Shown here piece by piece: positions 60,552 to 64,000 of a stretch of 64,000 nt of DNA. A program made the position numbers and the translations under genes. The stretch comes from Podarcis melisellensis (Eukaryota): NCBI GenBank assembly GCA_964234715.1, contig OZ174281.1. One strand, written 5' to 3'. The first letter of the stretch is position 1; every line of letters begins with the position of its first letter. The notes under the pieces are model-generated. The model searched no databases, was not told the origin of the DNA, and worked only from the letters and a program-made list of their open reading frames with translations.

Positions 60552-63142
60552 TACTCCATATCAGTTAAATTTTAGTTTTGTGTTACTTTACTATTAAAAG
60601 AGCACACCCATTTCTTGGTGTGCTTTTAACAGCCTCCCCAACCTTTTTGTCAATCTAAGACTTAGAGTCTAAGTTTTGGATGGTAGAAGGAAATTTGCAA
60701 AATCTGTTTTTAAGGCTCCTTAAGGGAATTTGGCAGACCAACAGGCCTTCCAAGCTTTGAAACCAAAGTGACCTTGTAGTTTGCCTAACCAAATTTGGAG
60801 AAGCTACATGATTTGCACAACCCTTTTATAAACTCTCTGTTAGGCTGACCCTCACTCCATGTGACTCAAAAAGCCCTGCCATAGCCTCACTCCCAGCTGT
60901 GACTTGAACTGGTGGAGGGGTTACAGCAAGTATCTAACCTGAGCTCTGCTGGTTTAGAAACTTAACTGGGCTCAGTCAGACAAGCTTAGAGTTTGTATTG
61001 GGCTCTTGGTCCCAATGTATAGGAGATTTCATTGAACTGTGCCTTGTGGGTGAGCTCAAACAACCAGTTTCTTGGGGGCCTTACAACCTGTCTTCAGGAG
61101 GCTTTTGTACAGCTTTGCCTGAGCTGCAGCTAGCTCTCTTCTGGGGCAATTTGCTTTGTTGTTCCAAAGGAAAATTTACCTCACACAGAAATACAAATTC
61201 CAACCCAAAAGTAAAAACATACACAAATTCAGCTAGGTTCTTACTTTAGCACTTCTGGGTATCATCAAGAGATACAAAGTACACCAGAAAACAAGAGAGA
61301 AGAGGAATGAGGAAAAAGATTTTATAGGAACATGAAGTCCATGGGAGCTGACTAGTCTTTCACTATTCCCTTCCTGTGCTTTTTCTTCATAAACCCCCTT
61401 CTCCTGGAACAGATCATCAGCCTTCAAGGCAGGGACTGTATCAGGTTGCTGCCTTTAGCATTTATTTAGTTTGGGTACTAACCACCCACTGAAGACAAAT
61501 ATTGATTTCCATGTGTTGACTAGGCACACACCTAACTCTGCATGAGATCAGGCTTAAATTGTTCATGCTCTTGCAGGAATTCAAAGGAAATGTAATTAGC
61601 TACTTGAAAGGCCGTGGATCAGCAAGTGGGCAGAGAAGCTGGACGTTTCTTGGTGAACTGTCCAGACAGTTTCAACGGACACTTCAAAGTACCAATGCAA
61701 ATGATCAAGTGTGACAATTGTCAAACAACAGGTTTATCATCTCTGGCTTGGACTACTCATGTAACAAAACAAAGTGGTAGAACAGTGAGGTAATAGAATG
61801 GATTGTACTACTTGGGGCTACAGGATTTTGGGTATACTATTTTTAATGCTCTACTGCATTAATATCCTGCCCCCACCCAAAAATACCCTTGCTTGCTATG
61901 TTGGCTTTCTCTTTGTAGGAAATTGTTAACAAAGGAGAACATTAGAAAGTGATTCCCCATCTGCAGTGGTACAGTCTCTTCTACAACTTCACTGGGTTCA
62001 ATGTTTAGACAAGGTCTGAGACCCTTGCCACAGAATCTTTAGATACTATGCTCATGTATTTTATTTTTTTAAAAAAAGTCTGCCCATAATATTAGGGTAA
62101 TAGTTTCTGGCAGCCAGATATAACAAAATGATTTGTTAGAGAATACTCCTGTCTATAGAAATATGGGCAAGTCCCTTAATTATAGCTTTCATAGCTACTA
62201 GCCACACCTAAGCCGAAATCTAATTATTGACTTGCTTTCGTGTAGCAAGTTAGACTAAACATGCCAGATTTCCGTTTAGTAATAATAAAAAAATCTTAAG
62301 CAAAGTCATCCTCATCCATCTAAGCAGTACTAAAATCCCGATCTTTCTCTTGAAATGAGTGTTGTAACAGAAGAGGGCTATGGTCTTTGGCCTCTGCATC
62401 GCCCCAAGGGCTCTTAGAATGGTTATAAGATCTGTCATTCTCTTCCTAAGCATTTTTGCTCCCAGAGTCCTTATCTGCTTACACAATATCTTGATTTCAG
62501 CCAATTTGGAAGGGCTCCTAAGGCTGCATCCTTTAGCCAGAGTGCAGCTAAGTACTGTAATCCTTTCTACTAGTTTAGATTTTCTAGGATTTTCAACTAT
62601 AAAGGCTGCTGCTTTAACGTAACTTGGCCCAAAATAGGAATCCTTAACACAGGCTTTTCAAGATAAGATGCCTGCTACTTTCCTCATACAAGAAAATTCA
62701 ACCACATCTCAGGTCCCTGTCTTTTAAGAGGGGCTATCACCATGGATCTGAGAAGCATTCTACAGAGCCCAGATTTTTTCTTCTTTAAACCCTATGATGG
62801 GCAGCAAAACTAAGGTTTGGTAAGTGCAGAAAGGCTCTTGGTCCCACTCATAATATTAAATCAGCACCTTCAAGCATGTGATACACATATCTGTCTTCCA
62901 TTCCTTAGTCACATATTTTTTAAACCTCCTTGCTCTCCCCTAGACTCGGGGAAGACCTTGAGGTTCCTAGGTTCCTCTTATCTTGTCAGGGACTCAAGGC
63001 TGTTAAGAAAGTCAGTGGAGCCTGGTAGGTTTCCAGCACAGGCTCCAAGTGGTACGGACTCCCTTGGAAGCTGGTGGACTCCCCTTCATTTGAGGTTTTT
63101 AAGCAGACACTGGATGGCCACCTGTCATGGATGCTTTAGTTA

Positions 63143-63210
63143 AGATTCCTGTATTGCAGGGGTTTGGACCCTTAGGATCCCTTCCAACTCTAAAATTCTA
63201 TGATTCTATG
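63143..63210 (+). mobile_element. CR1 LINE 3' end
   Basis: CCCTTCCAACTCTAAA followed by (ATTCTATG)2, the CR1 octamer terminus. Confidence 0.75.
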
Positions 63211-63764
63211 GTTTATCTTTGTGATGATGCAATTTTCGCATACGAAAGCTGATGGCAGTAGTTTAGAAGTTAAATCAAAGAACTAGTAAATCGCTTATTA
63301 GGTTGCATTCCTTCTGAAGGAACAGTTTTTGTAATGTGTGTGTATGTGTGTGGTATTATTATGTTTTTATATATATTTGAAGCTGCCCAGAGTGGCTGGG
63401 GCGACCCAGTAAGATGGGCGTGGTACTACTACTGCTACTAATAATAATTCCTGCACCTGAATTTGCTGCTGGAATATTGGCAGAGTTATGCTATCCAGAT
63501 CCTCTATTTGATCAGGACCTTGCTTCCATGTGTCCATGCCTTGGAAAATTCACCTGAGGGAATTTCACATCTGGAGTATCGCCTGAGAAAAGGCCTTGTC
63601 ACGTGTTCCCACCAACTGAACCTCATTTGGTGGAGGGGCATAAAACAGGAACATTTAAATAACACAGAGCTCTCACATTCTGTGTTTCTGAAGGGACTCT
63701 TCTTCCATATATTCTCTGTGCACTGAGAATATATGTGCTCATGAAATATTACTCATAAGATCTA

Positions 63765-63945
63765 ATAGGTGTAACTAAGTGGTAGAACACATGCTTTACA
63801 TGCAAAATGTCCCAGGTTCAAGCTCCACTAGGTAGGAGAGGGGGCAAAAATTCTGTCTAAGCACCTGGAGAGCAGCAGCTACTCTGTTGACAATGCAGAG
63901 CTAGATGGACCAATGGTCTGATATGGTATAAAGCAGTTTCCTATC
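63765..63945 (+). mobile_element. Degraded tRNA-derived SINE
   Basis: A-box-like TAACTAAGTGGTAGA; B-box-like GGTTCAAGC; 3' part similar to 43440-43545. Confidence 0.55.
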
Positions 63946-63952
63946 TAGAGCA

Positions 63953-64000
63953 AGAGCTGGACCATAAAGAAGGCTGATCGCCGAAGAATTGATGCTTTTG
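63953..64000 (+). mobile_element. BovB/RTE LINE fragment, 5'-truncated and continuing beyond the window
   Basis: Encodes SWTIKKADRRRIDAF, matching the BovB RT C-terminal motif as I recall it (ESWTIKKAE.RRIDAF). Confidence 0.8.

Noticed and set aside
60950-62650. Possible degraded LINE coding remnants
   Set aside because: No diagnostic motif or boundary that I can support by eye.
8713-63726. Remaining short ORFs in the track
   Set aside because: Mostly non-ATG starts, repeat-derived or low-complexity, with no recognisable domain; consistent with random ORFs in non-coding DNA.

Overview
This is eukaryotic, mostly non-coding DNA from a squamate reptile, probably a lacertid lizard. That inference rests on five Sauria SINE copies, a BovB/RTE fragment, and L2/CR1, hAT and Tc1/mariner relics. 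I found no convincing host protein-coding exon. The main feature is a very young, intact 5.5-kb Ty3/Gypsy chromovirus of the Tf1/sushi group (2938-8435). Its 408-bp LTRs differ at one site, it has a 5-bp TSD (TCACC), and it sits inside a Sauria SINE that also carries a hAT MITE. The element shows four unusual traits. (1) It has an 11-nt self-priming PBS instead of a tRNA PBS. (2) Its gag-pol pseudoknot has no canonical slippery heptamer at the expected spacing. (3) Its chromodomain lacks two of three aromatic cage residues and is followed by two acidic F-x(n)-[FM]xGF motifs resembling LEDGF-IBD/TFIIS-N-terminal-domain binding motifs. (4) The pol ORF runs about 100 codons into the 3' LTR. A diverged solo LTR at 23304-23871 keeps an acidic ORF in the same LTR reading frame, suggesting this tail is lineage-wide. 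The rest of the window holds nested MITE/SINE insertions, microsatellites, a 156-N assembly gap and repeat-poor blocks that may be conserved non-coding elements. Family names come from recalled motifs, not from database searches.
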